Positions 51,092 through 59,036 of a stretch of 64,000 nucleotides of DNA are shown here, in pieces (position 1 is the first letter of the stretch; each line of letters starts with the position of its first letter). The stretch spans positions 2,327 through 66,326 of the forward strand of contig JABHLN010000004.1 in the NCBI GenBank assembly GCA_018693105.1, in the 5' to 3' direction. The stretch comes from Desulfobacterales bacterium (GTDB lineage: Bacteria; Desulfobacterota; Desulfobacteria; Desulfobacterales; SURF-7). The translations under genes and the position numbers were made by a program. The notes below the pieces were generated by a model. The model saw nothing but the letters and a program-made list of their open reading frames with translations. It had not been told where the DNA came from and did not search any database.

Positions 51092-51221
51092 TGATGGCTT
51101 CGTAAAAAGTCTAATATCTGCGTTGCGCTACATGCCTCGTCACTGCGGCGTACGATAAGTACTCCTCATTCCTTGAACTTTTTATTTTGCCATCCAAAGT
51201 TCACTTTTTACGGGTTCATCA
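51092..51221 (+). mobile_element. Family B element, full length
   Basis: TGATGGCTTCGTAAAAAGTCTAATATCTGCGTTGCGCTACATGCCTCGTCACTGCGGCGTACGATAAGTAC...TTGCCATCCAAAGTTCACTTTTTACGGGTTCATCA. Flanked by direct AATT (51088-51091 and 51222-51225). Confidence 0.88.
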
Positions 51222-51225
51222 AATT

Positions 51226-51250
51226 TGATGGTGTCGTAAATCCCGCTTAA
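51226..51250 (+). repeat. Solo left terminus joined to an ATCCCGCT unit
   Basis: TGATGGTGTCGTAAATCCCGCTTAAGC. The unit AATCCCGCTATAGG recurs at 52408 and 54702. Confidence 0.6.
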
Positions 51251-51384
51251 GCTTGAATAAAAACCACTTTTACGCTTATTTTATATAGAGCAACCACATG
51301 AATTAATACAAAAACATAATGACATTGAGTTGTTGGGTTGCTATAATAAAAATTTGTTAATAATTTAATTATGAGGGTAATGCT

Positions 51385-51957
51385 TTGGGGAAAGTCCTGA
51401 TTATACTGCTTTTCATTGTAATTCCCGTTCATGCACAATCTTTTGAACGGTATAACAATGTTGTTAAGTATGATAAATATTTTTCAAAATATTCAAAAAG
51501 ATATTTTGGCGCATCGTTTGACTGGAAATATTTCAAAGCCCAGGCGATTGCCGAATCAAATCTGAAAAGTGATGCAAAATCTCATGTCGGGGCTGAAGGG
51601 GTTATGCAGATTATGCCACGGACCTTTAAAGAAATTAAATATAAAAACCCGAGTATAAAAGGTAATCGTAAACAGCCGAGATGGAATATTGCTGCGGGCA
51701 TATATTATGACCGGTATATATGGAAAACCTGGAAAGCAGAACGTTCTTTTAATGACAGGCTTAACTTTATGTTTGGTTCGTATAATGCGGGGAAGGGTAA
51801 TATCATAAAGGCTCAAAAAATATCCGGACGAAAAGGTATGAATGAGAATATCTGGAGATCAATTGAGAAAACTTTGCCGGAGGTTACAAAAGATAGAAGT
51901 AAAGAAACCATCGGATATGTTAAAAAAATTAATATAATCAAGGAGGTATTGAAGTGA
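51385..51957 (+). CDS. lytic transglycosylase (SLT domain), secreted
   Basis: TTG start after GAGGGT. Signal peptide (L)GKVLIILLFIVIPVHA and SLT motifs AESNL, GAEGVMQIMPRT, YNAG. Confidence 0.8.
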   Translation: MGKVLIILLFIVIPVHAQSFERYNNVVKYDKYFSKYSKRYFGASFDWKYFKAQAIAESNLKSDAKSHVGAEGVMQIMPRTFKEIKYKNPSIKGNRKQPRWNIAAGIYYDRYIWKTWKAERSFNDRLNFMFGSYNAGKGNIIKAQKISGRKGMNENIWRSIEKTLPEVTKDRSKETIGYVKKINIIKEVLK

Positions 51958-52190
51958 TGCAGTCTGTTGATATTTCAATTACAATTATGAATTTCTGCTA
52001 TGCTTTTTTTGGAGCAGTATTGACGATACTTTTTATGATTGTCGGATATAAAATATTTGACAAAATGACTCCGTTCAATACTTCAGAACAGCTTGAGAAT
52101 AAAAATATCGCTGTAGGTATTGTGGTTGGATCGATTTTTATCGGGCTGGGGATTGCCATAGGGATGGTTATTGGTATGGGCCTTAATTAA
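51954..52190 (+). CDS. DUF350-like small membrane protein
   Basis: 78 aa with two TM segments and NIAVGIVVGSIFIGLGIAIG. 4-nt overlap with the SLT gene. Confidence 0.6.
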   Translation: MMQSVDISITIMNFCYAFFGAVLTILFMIVGYKIFDKMTPFNTSEQLENKNIAVGIVVGSIFIGLGIAIGMVIGMGLN

Positions 52191-52336
52191 GATGGCGTCG
52201 TTAAAAGTCTCCATCTACTGCGTTATAGCGTTTTGCCAGACGTTCGACATACTACTTGTATGCCTTCACGCCTGGCAAAAAACCATGCCTTGTATATGAA
52301 GATTTTAACTTAGCCATCAGGTATGATTACGTAGTT
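52191..52336 (+). mobile_element. Family A element, full length (first base of terminus missing)
   Basis: GATGGCGTCGTTAAAAGTCTCCATCTACTGCGTTATAGCGTTTTGCCAG...CTGGCAAAAAACCATGCC...CCATCAGGTATGATTACGTAGTT. It starts directly after the TAA of the DUF350 gene. Confidence 0.88.
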
Positions 52337-52364
52337 AAAATTCTCTATCTAACCCTCTGAATAG

Positions 52365-52426
52365 TATATGAAAATTTAATTTAACCATCGGTTATGATTA
52401 TGTCGTTAATCCCGCTATAGGTGGAC
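52365..52426 (+). repeat. Duplicated family A right arm plus AATCCCGCTATAGG unit
   Basis: TATATGAAAATTTAATTTAACCATCGGTTATGATTATGTCGTT repeats 52293-52336, and is followed by AATCCCGCTATAGGTGGAC. Confidence 0.7.
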
Positions 52427-52466
52427 TATTACGTTAAAGGGTCTAATAAAGGAATAGAAAAGAGTA

Positions 52467-52865
52467 ATGACTGATAAAGAGAGTTTTGATTTTTGGCAGG
52501 ATCATTCCATACATTATCTTGAGATGGCATTTGGACATGAGCGTAGAGAAAGAGTATCTCACCCTGATGGCTATGGCAAGAGGACCGGTGATTGCGGTGA
52601 TACCGTTGAATTTTTTTTGACAATAGAAAGTGACAGGGTCAGTAGTGTTGCTTTCGATACTGACGGCTGCCTGAATACGAACGCATGTGCCAATACAATA
52701 GCTCACATGTCTGAAGGCAGTGAAATCAGTGAAGCCTGGGAAATTAGCCCTGATAAGGTTATTGATTTTCTCGGCACATTACCTCCCCATGAACATCATT
52801 GCGCGGAACTTGCTGTAGGTGCTTTTTATCTGGCGCTGTCAAATTATGAGGAGATAAAACCCTGA
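52467..52865 (+). CDS. NifU/IscU N-terminal-like Fe-S cluster scaffold protein
   Basis: Conserved Cys pattern GDCGDTVEFF...DGCLNTNACAN...HCAELAV; 132 aa. Confidence 0.7.
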   Translation: MTDKESFDFWQDHSIHYLEMAFGHERRERVSHPDGYGKRTGDCGDTVEFFLTIESDRVSSVAFDTDGCLNTNACANTIAHMSEGSEISEAWEISPDKVIDFLGTLPPHEHHCAELAVGAFYLALSNYEEIKP

Positions 52866-52903
52866 TCATTAAGGTTCTTTCTTAACTATTTGTTATATTT
52901 TTT

Positions 52904-52928
52904 GGTTATATTTTTTACGAGTTTTTCA
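52904..52928 (+). repeat. Family A right-terminus fragment
   Basis: GGTTATATTTTTTACGAGTTTTTCA. The terminal TCA (52926-52928) is the stop codon of the minus-strand aminopeptidase gene. Confidence 0.65.
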
Positions 52929-54125
52929 ATATGAAAACTTCCCGTTTTCATAAATTATTATCTTTTTCCCGTCTTTTAGATGCGCTGTCACTCTTTTCTT
53001 TTCTGTATTTACTATATCCCAGTGAAGTGCTGAATCATTAAAGCCTAACTTTTTCTTCAATTCCTTTGTCAGTTTAGATGAATCTCCATTATATGTGTCA
53101 GAATATGAAGAACCAAGGGCTATATGGGAATTTCCATTTTCCCCTCCGTAATTTTCATCAAAAAGAGTGTTTGCCATAAATTGGTTTATTTTTGAAAATC
53201 TTTTATCAGTCAGTGAAAACTCTCCTATCTTGTTTGCGCCTTTGTCCATAGCGAACTGTTTTTTTACAAAGTTTTCGCCTTTCTGTGCCTGGATTTTAAC
53301 AACCGAACCTTTCTTGAACTCGAGTTTTATATTGCTCACATAATTCCCGCTTCTGTATGAAGGTTGGTCTGCAAAGTAGGTGCCCCTGGTTCCCCTCCAG
53401 TCGGGTGAAAGAAAAAGTTCAAAACTTGGAATGTTATGGCCCGAAATTCCGATCCACCTTCTTTTTTCTCCGGGGGTTATCTCAAGGTCCATGTTAGCTG
53501 ATTCCATATGATATTTTTTTACATCCATGCCGTTAATCCATTTCTTTATGGAAATTGCTTCTTTGTATATCTTTTCCCATTCGTCTACAGGTGATTTCCT
53601 GTTAAGAAAACATGCTTTTACTATCTGGTTTGTATATTCTTTCTGGGACAGCTTGGCATGCTTTGCAAGTTCTTTGGTTGGATATGTGCATAATGTCCAG
53701 CCAAAAGTCCCTTTTTCCTCGCGCTTGTTAAGTATATCGCGCATCGGTTTTCTTGCAACCGCGGTCTTTCCGATTTTAAATGGGTCTATACCGCTTAAGT
53801 GTGTTATTGATTCAGGGGCGTGCAGGAAAATACTGCCATTCATGTTCTTGTATAATTCTTCATCTCCAGGTGGAATAAAAGTCAGCTGGGGGTTGTTTGA
53901 GATTTCATAAAATTTCTGTTCCATTCCTGAAGTGGGCATAATTCGAAGGACCGGATGCCATCCTTTTTCAAGAATTTTGGCAAAAAGAACTTCTGCAAGT
54001 TTTAAAGCAGGTATATTAAAACGGATTACAATTATATCATTTTTTTTTTGTTTACCGGATCTTGCTGTTTTAAGACCCCACAATAAAACATCGGCATACC
54101 TTTCTATTTGTTTATCTGTAAACAT
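52926..54125 (-). CDS. aminopeptidase, M29 (AmpS/PepS-like) family
   Basis: 399 aa. The overall pattern resembles thermophilic M29 metalloproteases (YADVLL..GL, a C-terminal HIALGSSY-like motif, HWDIV). Confidence 0.6.
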   Translation of the reverse strand: MFTDKQIERYADVLLWGLKTARSGKQKKNDIIVIRFNIPALKLAEVLFAKILEKGWHPVLRIMPTSGMEQKFYEISNNPQLTFIPPGDEELYKNMNGSIFLHAPESITHLSGIDPFKIGKTAVARKPMRDILNKREEKGTFGWTLCTYPTKELAKHAKLSQKEYTNQIVKACFLNRKSPVDEWEKIYKEAISIKKWINGMDVKKYHMESANMDLEITPGEKRRWIGISGHNIPSFELFLSPDWRGTRGTYFADQPSYRSGNYVSNIKLEFKKGSVVKIQAQKGENFVKKQFAMDKGANKIGEFSLTDKRFSKINQFMANTLFDENYGGENGNSHIALGSSYSDTYNGDSSKLTKELKKKLGFNDSALHWDIVNTEKKRVTAHLKDGKKIIIYENGKFSY

Positions 54126-54153
54126 AAATACTTCCTCCGTTCTGCTTGAAAGT

Positions 54154-54399
54154 TTATTTTGATCCTTTTAAAAAAAGTTTATGATATTCCGGCTCTGTCA
54201 TGTGATTTTTCATTAGACGGTTTATCATATTGAATATCTCTTCCAGCTCTTCGTCCGTTAGTTTTGTAATCAGATGTTCCATCAGTTTATCATCGGAAAA
54301 TTTCTGCAGGTAGTATATTACAGTGTTCTCATCGGTTTTTCGATCCAGCCCGAATCCAACAAGATCAGTATAATTTTCTACAAAATCATGTGTATGCAT
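54154..54399 (-). CDS. hypothetical protein
   Basis: 81 aa acidic helical ORF, co-directional with and 28 nt upstream of the aminopeptidase gene. No recognised family. Confidence 0.45.
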   Translation of the reverse strand: MHTHDFVENYTDLVGFGLDRKTDENTVIYYLQKFSDDKLMEHLITKLTDEELEEIFNMINRLMKNHMTEPEYHKLFLKGSK

Positions 54400-54465
54400 T
54401 GTCGTTGCCTTATTATATTCGTTTATGTATGTTTACCAAGATGTTAGTATCTGCAAATAAATAAT

Positions 54466-54608
54466 AGAAGCTATCTCAAATAAAAGATCAGGGTTCATGG
54501 CAAGGCAACAAAGGGGCGAGAAAGCAGAGCATACTATTAGTATGTGAGCATTTTGAGCCGCTTTGTAACGCTGCCAGGGGCACTTAGATTTATTTTGAGT
54601 TAACTTCT
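54466..54608. repeat. Family C long imperfect palindrome
   Basis: AGAAGCTATCTCAAATAAAAGATC...GCATACTATTAGTATGTG...TTAGATTTATTTTGAGTTAACTTCT. 143 bp, apex CATACT-ATT-AGTATG. Single copy in the window. Confidence 0.7.
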
Positions 54609-54665
54609 AAGAGAATAAAGGAAAAGCCGGGTTACGTCAACCGGCACATTTGAAAATCACATTGT

Positions 54666-54720
54666 TGATGAACTCGTAAAAAGTATAACCGATGGCTAAG
54701 TAATCCCGCTATAGGAGTAC
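54666..54720 (-). repeat. Family A right-terminus module (inverted) plus AATCCCGCTATAGG unit
   Basis: TGATGAACTCGTAAAAAGTATAACCGATGGCTAAGTAATCCCGCTATAGGAGTAC. Confidence 0.75.
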
Positions 54721-54783
54721 TACCGGGTTATATTAACCCAAAAAACCATGATTAACTCTTTACGTGTTAATTATAATGAATGG

Positions 54784-54813
54784 TGATGAACTCGTATAAA
54801 GTATAACTGATGG
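54784..54813 (-). repeat. Second, directly repeated right-terminus module
   Basis: TGATGAACTCGTATAAAGTATAACTGATGG repeats 54666-54695. The ATG of the 54810 ORF lies in its GATGG block. Confidence 0.75.
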
Positions 54814-55907
54814 AGAATAATATTTTGCATAGATTGCTTACATCAATAATTTTATGTCTGTTTCTCTGGAATAGCAGCCTTGCCGATACAGCCGGGAATC
54901 AAGACATTGATTCTTATAATAAATCTCATAATAATAAATCTCATAATAATAAATCAGAAAAGATCGAATACCATTTAAACAAGCTTAAAGAGGAAATGCC
55001 CCGACTTGACCTTTCAAAAAAGCCGGTCAATTCGGAATCTGCAATAAAGTATTTTGAGTATTACGGTTTGAATTTTAAAAATACACTTCATTATTTCGGG
55101 TCGTTTAATTCAAAACAAAAGATTATCGCAGGTCATGTTTTCCTGCCTGATAACCCGGCAGGGACTGTGTTATTATTACATGGCTATTTAGACCATTCGG
55201 GTATTTTAAAAAACCTGATAAGTAATTGTCTGGAGTCCGGTTATGCTGTTGCAGTTTTTGATCTTCCCGGGCACGGGCTTTCTTCGGGAGAAATGGCGTC
55301 GGTTGATGATTTCAGCGAATATATTTCAGCTCTTGATGACTTTTTAAAAAAATACTATTCAGTTCTTCCGGAGCCTTTGAATCTTATCGGTCACAGTACC
55401 GGATGTTCTGTTGCATTTGATTATTTAAGTAAATTTAAGGACAAGGAAATTTCAAAGGTGATTTTTCTGTCTCCTCTTGTTCATACTGCTTATTGGGAAA
55501 CTTTTAAAACCGGTTATTATTTCTTTGGTATTTTCTTTAAAAAATTTAAAAGGTATTTCAGGAATAACTCAAGAGATACAGAATATATTGAGTTTATAAA
55601 AAATGATCCGCTCCAGGCCAGGGAGATTCCGGTGAAATGGCTGAAAGCTTTATATTTATGGAATAAAAGAGTGGAAAAGTATGATGTTTTATCAAAAAGG
55701 GTTCTGATAATTCAGGGTGATGATGATGCCACGGTTGACTGGAAATATAATATTGAATTTTTCAGAAAAAAAGTTAAACCGTTGGAAGTAAAAATGATAA
55801 AAAATGCCCGTCATCAATTAATCAATGAAATAGTCCCGGAGCGATCTATTGTTTTTGATATTATAAATGATGAACTTGAAAAGAGTTTAAACGAAGGAAT
55901 AAAATGA
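54810..55907 (+). CDS. alpha/beta hydrolase (lysophospholipase / monoacylglycerol-lipase-like), secreted or lipid-anchored
   Basis: Signal-like N-terminus, HGYLDHSG oxyanion region, GHSTG nucleophile elbow and a late DD..V/H. Contains an (NKSHN) tandem repeat. Confidence 0.75.
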   Translation: MENNILHRLLTSIILCLFLWNSSLADTAGNQDIDSYNKSHNNKSHNNKSEKIEYHLNKLKEEMPRLDLSKKPVNSESAIKYFEYYGLNFKNTLHYFGSFNSKQKIIAGHVFLPDNPAGTVLLLHGYLDHSGILKNLISNCLESGYAVAVFDLPGHGLSSGEMASVDDFSEYISALDDFLKKYYSVLPEPLNLIGHSTGCSVAFDYLSKFKDKEISKVIFLSPLVHTAYWETFKTGYYFFGIFFKKFKRYFRNNSRDTEYIEFIKNDPLQAREIPVKWLKALYLWNKRVEKYDVLSKRVLIIQGDDDATVDWKYNIEFFRKKVKPLEVKMIKNARHQLINEIVPERSIVFDIINDELEKSLNEGIK

Positions 55908-57574
55908 AACTAAGAACATGTGTTGATCCATCAGGTAGTTTTATATATGGAATTCATAAACCTTCTTTTCGTGTGCAAAATCTACGTGAGTTTGAAAACA
56001 TTTCTTCTCTGGGAGAATTTACAGACGGGTCTATTTATGAGAATCATGCAAATTTTCCTGAAGGTAATATTGAAGGAATACAAGCGGATATTATATATGA
56101 AATTCCAAATGCATTCCCTTTCAGGGGGACGACATATATTACTAAAAGCTGGGCAGACGAAAAGGCAGAAAATCCAGGGCTTATCTTCCTACCGAAAAGG
56201 TCTTCATTATCGTTCACAGATATAGTCAAAAACTGGATAGGTGAAGACGAAATTACTGATAAGAAACTTGACAGCATTTTCAAAACCCTTCCGGACTCAT
56301 TACTTTTAACTATTGCCGTTAATTCAAATAATGCTGACGACTTGACCCGTATCGCAGAGGATTGCTGCGAGTTTATCCATGATCCGGAAAGTAAAACGCC
56401 GAAAGGGCTTCGTTATAAGAAGGATGAAAAGGGGCGTATACGGGCTGTAATAAATAATTTTCCAGTGTTTGAAGCCCTGGCAAACAATCCCCATATGCCC
56501 GATGAGTACAAGGATTCAATGGTTCTAAGACCCGGTGCTCAAGGGGTAAGTGAGATAGTAGGTGAGTGGCTTGCAGGGGATAAGGATAGTCATGTTTTCG
56601 AGTATCTAAGACGCAACAGTTATATACCCTGGGGACATTATGCCGCAAACATGGCTAATGATTCGATCCGGTACAGTGTTCGAGATCTGACTTTAGCAGA
56701 TATGACAGGAATGCGTCATCTATATTATCAGAGAACATTTGTAAGACTTTCAGAACAATTGGGGCTTAAGTACTCTCCACGGAAACGAATCCATTCACCT
56801 GATGAACTTGAGGAAATGCGGAAAAGAATTAATGAAGCTGTTATTTCAATGGATAAAGAATCCTCCTTGAACTATAACAGCACATTATGGGGGTGGAATT
56901 TCGGTTTTGATTTTGCTCCTACTCATTACAGGCTGCATGCATCTCATCAGCAGATTCATCAGCAGTTTGCGCTTATTCCCCAAAAAGTTGCATCGTCACC
57001 AGAGCCGGATAAAATAGACTCAGATGAAAATAAAGATCAGGTTAATAATTTTCAGACATATGCATGCGGTGATCTGGTTGCCGATTTTTCAGGAGAATTC
57101 AGGAAGAAGACAGGAAAGAGCTTTTTTGATTCGTATATAAAGGCTATTTTAGCAAACAAAAGGATTGATGGCAGAGAAGGGGAGAGCAGTCTGATTGTTT
57201 ACAAAGATGACAATGTAATTATTTTTGTTCCCAAGGCCCAGACGTCCCAGTGGGAACTTCAGCTTATGACGTTAAAGCCTGTAGGAAATATTATCGAATC
57301 TGATACGGCTACCAGGGCAAGTATTGATTGCGCTATGCTTGTAACCATGAAAATATATGAATCAATGGGTGCAAGGATGGTTTCCACATCAGAGTACTCT
57401 AAACGGTTTGATTCTAAAAATACCGACCAGAGACTTCTTTATTCTTTTTTGCCAAAAATGCCGGAATCTCCCGGTGCATTCAGTGAATCACAATTAAGAT
57501 GGATAAATGGGCATTATCCGGAAGATTTTGCATCTGCATGCCTTGCTCATATGCCGGAGGATGAAGCACTTTGA
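55904..57574 (+). CDS. hypothetical protein (556 aa)
   Basis: 4-nt overlap (ATGA) with the hydrolase gene, so probably co-translated. Only weak resemblance to GalT/HIT-type nucleotidyltransferases (THYRLHASHQQIHQQ; VIIFVPKAQTSQWELQLMTLKP). Confidence 0.5.
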   Translation: MKLRTCVDPSGSFIYGIHKPSFRVQNLREFENISSLGEFTDGSIYENHANFPEGNIEGIQADIIYEIPNAFPFRGTTYITKSWADEKAENPGLIFLPKRSSLSFTDIVKNWIGEDEITDKKLDSIFKTLPDSLLLTIAVNSNNADDLTRIAEDCCEFIHDPESKTPKGLRYKKDEKGRIRAVINNFPVFEALANNPHMPDEYKDSMVLRPGAQGVSEIVGEWLAGDKDSHVFEYLRRNSYIPWGHYAANMANDSIRYSVRDLTLADMTGMRHLYYQRTFVRLSEQLGLKYSPRKRIHSPDELEEMRKRINEAVISMDKESSLNYNSTLWGWNFGFDFAPTHYRLHASHQQIHQQFALIPQKVASSPEPDKIDSDENKDQVNNFQTYACGDLVADFSGEFRKKTGKSFFDSYIKAILANKRIDGREGESSLIVYKDDNVIIFVPKAQTSQWELQLMTLKPVGNIIESDTATRASIDCAMLVTMKIYESMGARMVSTSEYSKRFDSKNTDQRLLYSFLPKMPESPGAFSESQLRWINGHYPEDFASACLAHMPEDEAL

Positions 57575-57618
57575 CTTTTGTCGTCTATGTGAAAGTTAAA
57601 AAGTGAAAGTTAAAAAAT

Positions 57619-58794
57619 ATGGTTTCAAAAGAAAATCATGAAAAAACTGCCGGGATATATGTTCATATCCCGTTTTGCTTGAGGAAATGCCCTTATTGTG
57701 ACTTTTACTCAATTACCGATATTTCCCTTGAACAGTTATTCTTTGATTCCGTTTACCGTGAGATCGTAATGAGAAGTAATACCTCCTTTTTATTTGATAC
57801 GATTTATATCGGAGGCGGTACCCCTTCTGTTGTCGCACCTGAAAATATTGGAAGGCTTATTGAAAAGCTTCACCATTATTATAAGATATCCCCGGAAGCG
57901 CAAATAACAATAGAAGTAAATCCGGGATTAGTTGATTTTAAACTCTTATCTAAATATCTATCGTATGGCATAAACCGTTTGAGCATTGGAATACAGTCGT
58001 TCGGTGATGAAAATCTGACTTTTCTCGGAAGGATTCATTCTGCATCGGAAGGAATAAAGTCTATAACCGACGCTAAAGAAGCCGGCTTTAATAATATCTC
58101 CCTTGACCTGATTTACGGTATCCCTGGACAGACGATGGAGGACTGGCTTTTGGATTTGTCACAGGCTGTTGCTTTTAAGCCCGAACATATATCCTGTTAT
58201 ATGCTTACTTATGAAAAAGATACACCTATGGAAAAAAGAATGCGGGAAGGTGAATTTCAGCCGTTGCCGGAAGAATTGGCAGGTAATTATTTTTCTGCAG
58301 CAAACGATTTTCTTAATTCAAACGGTTATAGCCAGTATGAAATATCAAATTTTGCGAGAACCGGTTCTGATGATTTAAGATCTCTTAAATCGAGACATAA
58401 CTTTAAATACTGGTCATTTTCCCCATATATCGGGTTTGGTCCTTCAGCCCATTCTTTTTCCGGGGATGAGAGAAGCTGGAATCATGGAAATGTTTTGAAA
58501 TATGCTGAAGATATAAAAAGCGATATACTCCCTGTTGCTGATACTGAAGTTTTAAACAGGGAACAGAAGATTCTCGAAGCGGTTTATCTTGGTCTAAGGA
58601 AAACCGAAGGCATAGACCTCAAGGAATTTAAGAACAAATTTGGTGTCAGTTTCAGGGAGATGTTTATTAATATACTCCCGGAGCTTATTGAAAATAAACA
58701 TTTAGAGGTTAGCAAGAATCGTTGCGCTCTGACTAGTAAAGGAATGCTTTTTCATGATAGTATAGTTTCGATGCTTGTGGATGAGGACATTTGA
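57619..58794 (+). CDS. hemW: radical SAM heme chaperone HemW (HemN-like)
   Basis: YVHIPFCLRKCPYCDF (CxxxCxxC), GGGTPS, RHNFKYW. The stop TGA is the first three bases of the next family A element. Confidence 0.85.
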   Translation: MVSKENHEKTAGIYVHIPFCLRKCPYCDFYSITDISLEQLFFDSVYREIVMRSNTSFLFDTIYIGGGTPSVVAPENIGRLIEKLHHYYKISPEAQITIEVNPGLVDFKLLSKYLSYGINRLSIGIQSFGDENLTFLGRIHSASEGIKSITDAKEAGFNNISLDLIYGIPGQTMEDWLLDLSQAVAFKPEHISCYMLTYEKDTPMEKRMREGEFQPLPEELAGNYFSAANDFLNSNGYSQYEISNFARTGSDDLRSLKSRHNFKYWSFSPYIGFGPSAHSFSGDERSWNHGNVLKYAEDIKSDILPVADTEVLNREQKILEAVYLGLRKTEGIDLKEFKNKFGVSFREMFINILPELIENKHLEVSKNRCALTSKGMLFHDSIVSMLVDEDI

Positions 58795-58944
58795 TGGCGT
58801 CGTCAAAATCTCCATCTACTGCGTTATAGTTTTTGGCCAGACGTTCGACATACTACATGTATGCCTTCACGCCTGGCCAAACATTATGCCTTGTATATAA
58901 AGATTTTGACTTAGCCATGTGCTATACTTTTGATGAGTTCATCA
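58792..58944 (+). mobile_element. Family A element, full length
   Basis: TGATGGCGTCGTCAAAATCTCCATCTACTGCGTTATAGTTTTTGGCCAG...CTGGCCAAACATTATGCC...TTTTGATGAGTTCATCA. Confidence 0.9.
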
Positions 58945-59002
58945 AAATTTGTGTTTGACTGAGAAATAGGGCAAAAAAGGATGTTATGCAAAGGTGATAA
59001 CA

Positions 59003-59032
59003 CAGCAGATGGAGATTTTAACGACGCCATCA
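59003..59032 (-). repeat. Solo family A left-terminus fragment, inverted
   Basis: CAGCAGATGGAGATTTTAACGACGCCATCA is the reverse complement of TGATGGCGTCGTTAAAATCTCCATCTGCTG. It lies 4 nt from the selB stop. Confidence 0.75.
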
Positions 59033-59036
59033 CACA

